Below, one piece after another: positions 60,722-64,000 of a stretch of DNA of 64,000 nucleotides. Below the pieces are notes generated by a model. It was not told the DNA's origin and searched no databases. It was given only the letters and a program-made list of their open reading frames with translations. The position numbers and the translations under genes were made by a program. Positions within the stretch are counted from its first letter, which is position 1, and the number at the start of each line of letters is the position of its first letter. Source of the stretch: Candidatus Cloacimonadales bacterium (GTDB lineage Bacteria; Cloacimonadota; Cloacimonadia; Cloacimonadales; JAFGVF01); assembly GCA_963677495.2 (NCBI GenBank), contig CAXXOU010000001.1, positions 384,001 to 448,000 on the forward strand, in the 5' to 3' direction.

Positions 60722-63700
60722 ATGACGAAACATTATTGCTCTTATTCAATAAAACGGTTTATAATTACTTTAACTATAATGCTATTTATTAGCATTGCTT
60801 TTGCTTCAAATTCAGTAGAAACCTACAGAGATGAACATGGCTGGAAACTGAAAGTTGATAATGAAGACTATTTTGTGAGAGGAATGGTTTGGGGTTACAC
60901 CCCGATTGGAGAGAACTATTCTTACAATCTTTGGGCTAATTCAGATGAGAAAATTAAGAAGATTCTTGATTACGAATGCAATCTGATGAAAAAAGCCGGT
61001 GTAAACACAATCAGACAATTTGGTGTTATTCCGCCTAAGTGGGTTACTTATATTTATCGTGAACATGGAATCATGACTATGGTGAATCATCTCATGGGTA
61101 GATATGGCTACAATGTTGATGGTAAGTGGCATGTCTGGACTAAATATGATGATCCACGGACTCGAGAAGTTTTAATCAATGACTTTGTAGAGATGGTTGA
61201 GAAATTCAAAGATGTTGAAGGTGTCATTGCTTTTGCTCTCGGTAATGAGAGTAATTATGGACTTGAGTGGTCCAGTTTTGAGATTGAAAACCTTCCGGAA
61301 GGTGAACGCTATCAGGAAAAAGCTACGCATCTCTATACTCTCTTCAATGAAGCTATGAGACAAGCTAAAATGGTCGATAGCACGCACCCTTATCTCATTG
61401 TTAACGGTGATATTCAGTACTTAGATATAATAAAAGAAAAGTGTACTGATATGGATATTCTCGGTGTAAATTCATACCGTGGTGTTAGCTTCACTGATAT
61501 GTGGCAGCGTGTTCACGATGAAGCTGATTTGCCAATCTTGCTTACAGAGTTCGGTAGTGATGCCTTTAATGCTCTTACTCATAAAGAGGAGCAGGAAGGT
61601 CAAGCATATCTGGTTAAGGGTAACTGGGATGAGATTTACAACAAAAGCTATGGCAATGGTGAAGAGGGAAACGCTATTGGTGGTTGCCAGTTTGAATGGC
61701 GCGACGAATGGTGGAAATACAAGCAAACCGAGAATCTTGAAGTTCAGGATACTAATGCATCATGGAGCAATGGTGGCTATTCATTTGACTTTGTGCATGG
61801 CGTAAACAACATGAATGAGGAGTGGTTTGGGATCTGCCGTTTAGCAGGTCCAAATGATGATGGTGTCTATGAAGCTATCCCTCGTATGGCTTATGATGTA
61901 TTAACAGAAGTTTGGAAGATAGATCCTTATAAATTAGATAAAGTTGAGATGAATGATAAGCTACAATCCATTGATATGGATTTCCTTAAGATGAAAAGTA
62001 GCTTAAGAACTCTGACAAAAGATATGCATGAGCAGAAAGCTTTTAGATTCACAGGAGGTAAGTTAGAAGGTGACTTAGCACTTACAGGTGAATCAGAAGC
62101 TGTTGAGAATAACGGCAAAAGTGGATTAGAGTTTACAAATGGTGAAAAGCTATTCCTTGATTTTGCATTTAATCCTACTGGTAGAATCGAAGGTAAGTTC
62201 ACTCTTAACATTCTTGGAAATGTAGTTGACCTCCCAATGGAGCAATACTACGGAAAGCGTGGTGACTCATATATCTCTGTAGCAACAGAAGAAAATGATC
62301 AAGGCATCGATGTACTCTCAACTAAAGAGATTACTGATAACGAACGCATTGAAATATATAGTTTTGAAGCTAAATATAAAGCTGACATGTTCGACTTTAC
62401 TGCATTTTATCATGTACCTCGATTCCATTGGGGCTATGAAGGTGATTTTTTTGGCCTTATGAGAGAAGCTACTGATATGGAAGGGATGGATATCTGGAAT
62501 GCAAAAGCACCGTTTGGTGTTGAGTTTGCTGGTAAGAAATCACTTAATGGTTTAACAGTTGTAACCGGACCGGAAGTCTATTGGGGTGCTAACCCTAAAG
62601 CTATTGTGAAATATGACTTTGATTTTTTGGGCTCTGAATGGACTTTTATCCACTCAGAAGATTTCTCCCAAGCTGATGCTTCTGCAACTGCAACTGAAGC
62701 AACTGAAAAGGCTACTCGCCAAACAGCACTCTCTTTTGAAGCAGAAATGGGTGCAGGTATTACTCTTCAAGCCGGTTACTTGATGTCCGGTACTGAAAAG
62801 ATAGATGAAGAATATTCCTATATGGATGATAACGAGCTCTACAAAGATGAGATAGAATTCAAGGATACTCAAGCTGCAAAAGCTAAGCTTTCCTTTAGCT
62901 TGGGTTCTACTCTCATAGACCTATCGGCTAACTATTCAGGTTTGGTAGCTGATGCAGGTGAAGCCTTGGATGAAAGAGATACCACAATGCCATACTCTGA
63001 TTTAGGTAACAAGATAGTATATGAAGCAGGAATGTTAATTCCTATCGGGAATGTCTGGTTACTTCCAAGAGCTATGTATAGAACTAATCTGCTTGAATCA
63101 ATGGAAGCTACTGATGCATACATAGACGGAACATCTTTCTATCCCGGTACAACTCCAAGAAATAGAGATAGCGATCCGTTTGCTGTGTTAGGAAACCGTG
63201 AAACCATATCAGGAGAATTCTTCCTTACTTATGACCCGACTCCTGCCAGCTACTTCTATGTTTGGAATAGAGACGAAAAAGAGGATGCTAAGTTTGCCTT
63301 TACTATAGGTGGTAACTATACTGAATATAAAGAAGATACTGATGCTCATCTTTTTTACTATCAGGAAGGTGAAACTAATGCACCATTCGGTAGCGGATTG
63401 CCTGCTGAGGAAGTATGGTTAGGGAAAAGTATTATTATAATGAATCCAAACCCCAACTTCAAAAGTGTTATTACTTTGGAGACTGGTAAGCAACAATCTA
63501 CCGGTAATCCTGATGGGGATGCTACAGAATTTTACTCAATAGAGACTAAGTTCCTAATCAACAAAACTCATTATATTCAAGCATATGCAAAGAAGGATGC
63601 TTGGGGACCTTACGATTGGTACAGACAATTTAATATCATTTATCCATACCAATACAAATTAGATTATTCATTCCTAATTGATAATCTCTTCAATATGGAA

Positions 63701-63829
63701 AAATCAAGTAGATTAGGTGTAAAAGCACTCTTTAGAGAGTTGGATGAGAGCTCTCCTATCAATGAAGGTGGTGGAATTGATAATGACTATGAGTTCCAAG
63801 CCGGTATCTACTACAGCATAGGATTTTAA
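60722..63829 (+). CDS. Clan GH-A (GH2 TIM-barrel-like) glycosidase fused to probable outer-membrane beta-barrel
   Basis: Signal peptide; GVNTIR, LGNE (acid/base), LTEFGSD (nucleophile), FEWRDEWWK; ~600-aa C-terminal region of alternating aromatic strands ending QAGIYYSIGF. Confidence 0.75.
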   Translation: MTKHYCSYSIKRFIITLTIMLFISIAFASNSVETYRDEHGWKLKVDNEDYFVRGMVWGYTPIGENYSYNLWANSDEKIKKILDYECNLMKKAGVNTIRQFGVIPPKWVTYIYREHGIMTMVNHLMGRYGYNVDGKWHVWTKYDDPRTREVLINDFVEMVEKFKDVEGVIAFALGNESNYGLEWSSFEIENLPEGERYQEKATHLYTLFNEAMRQAKMVDSTHPYLIVNGDIQYLDIIKEKCTDMDILGVNSYRGVSFTDMWQRVHDEADLPILLTEFGSDAFNALTHKEEQEGQAYLVKGNWDEIYNKSYGNGEEGNAIGGCQFEWRDEWWKYKQTENLEVQDTNASWSNGGYSFDFVHGVNNMNEEWFGICRLAGPNDDGVYEAIPRMAYDVLTEVWKIDPYKLDKVEMNDKLQSIDMDFLKMKSSLRTLTKDMHEQKAFRFTGGKLEGDLALTGESEAVENNGKSGLEFTNGEKLFLDFAFNPTGRIEGKFTLNILGNVVDLPMEQYYGKRGDSYISVATEENDQGIDVLSTKEITDNERIEIYSFEAKYKADMFDFTAFYHVPRFHWGYEGDFFGLMREATDMEGMDIWNAKAPFGVEFAGKKSLNGLTVVTGPEVYWGANPKAIVKYDFDFLGSEWTFIHSEDFSQADASATATEATEKATRQTALSFEAEMGAGITLQAGYLMSGTEKIDEEYSYMDDNELYKDEIEFKDTQAAKAKLSFSLGSTLIDLSANYSGLVADAGEALDERDTTMPYSDLGNKIVYEAGMLIPIGNVWLLPRAMYRTNLLESMEATDAYIDGTSFYPGTTPRNRDSDPFAVLGNRETISGEFFLTYDPTPASYFYVWNRDEKEDAKFAFTIGGNYTEYKEDTDAHLFYYQEGETNAPFGSGLPAEEVWLGKSIIIMNPNPNFKSVITLETGKQQSTGNPDGDATEFYSIETKFLINKTHYIQAYAKKDAWGPYDWYRQFNIIYPYQYKLDYSFLIDNLFNMEKSSRLGVKALFRELDESSPINEGGGIDNDYEFQAGIYYSIGF

Positions 63830-63840
63830 GGGAGGTTGAA

Positions 63841-64000
63841 ATGAAAAGATATAAAATACTTATTATAATATCTGTTTTGGCATTGTTACTTATCGCAGGT
63901 TGTGATGTTAAGAATGGTATAACCTCCACAACTATGGAATTACCTACAGGTAATACTTTAGACCTTTATTCAACAGATGAAGGTGTACATCCTAATACTG
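63841..64000 (+). CDS. Lipoprotein, truncated by window edge
   Basis: RBS GGAGG; MKRYKILIIISVLALLLIAGC (lipobox) DVKNGITSTTMELP..., open to the end. Confidence 0.8.
   Translation, partial: MKRYKILIIISVLALLLIAGCDVKNGITSTTMELPTGNTLDLYSTDEGVHPNT

Overview
A 64-kb, low-GC bacterial chromosomal segment. It is most likely Candidatus Cloacimonadota or a related FCB-group anaerobe, inferred from secreted proteins ending in an FlgD-Ig/T9SS-like 'NYPNPFNP...K(K/R)M.L.K' domain. (1) 0.6-13.4 kb: a tightly packed + strand housekeeping run (NucA-type nuclease, queC, M20 peptidase, dapB, dapF, rodZ-like, PAP2, pdxK, HAD, flavin-binding protein, Nif3). It includes an unexplained 1248-aa protein with a HEPN-like RNxxAH motif and two Ig-like domains. 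(2) 13.5-21.5 kb: a complete F1Fo ATP synthase operon with Na+-type c-subunit motifs, an N-terminally extended subunit a, and two c genes: a normal 79-aa c and a 249-aa triple-hairpin c whose middle hairpin lacks the ion-binding Glu. (3) 21.8-38.8 kb: a 1899-aa multidomain secreted protein, PPIase, Zn-ribbon pseudo-rhomboid, chrA pair, mnmA, murA, prmC, APC-EIIA transporter, aquaporin and asparaginase. (4) 39.6-64 kb: a large beta-1,3-glucan utilisation locus with no SusC/SusD or ABC transporter visible in the window. It holds GH16, an MFS transporter with an inserted CBM-like loop, GH30, GH17, two non-catalytic multi-module binding proteins, a GH161-like phosphorylase, GH3, a GntR-LacI regulator with a candidate TGCTATATAGCA operator, and a GH-A/beta-barrel fusion. 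Intergenic DNA carries several unexplained repeats: palindromic arrays with an 11-bp period, a structured ~200-bp tandem element with dispersed relatives, and a REP/BIME-like hairpin array. No rRNA, tRNA, CRISPR array or transposase was recognised. All family calls come from motif recognition by eye, not database searches.
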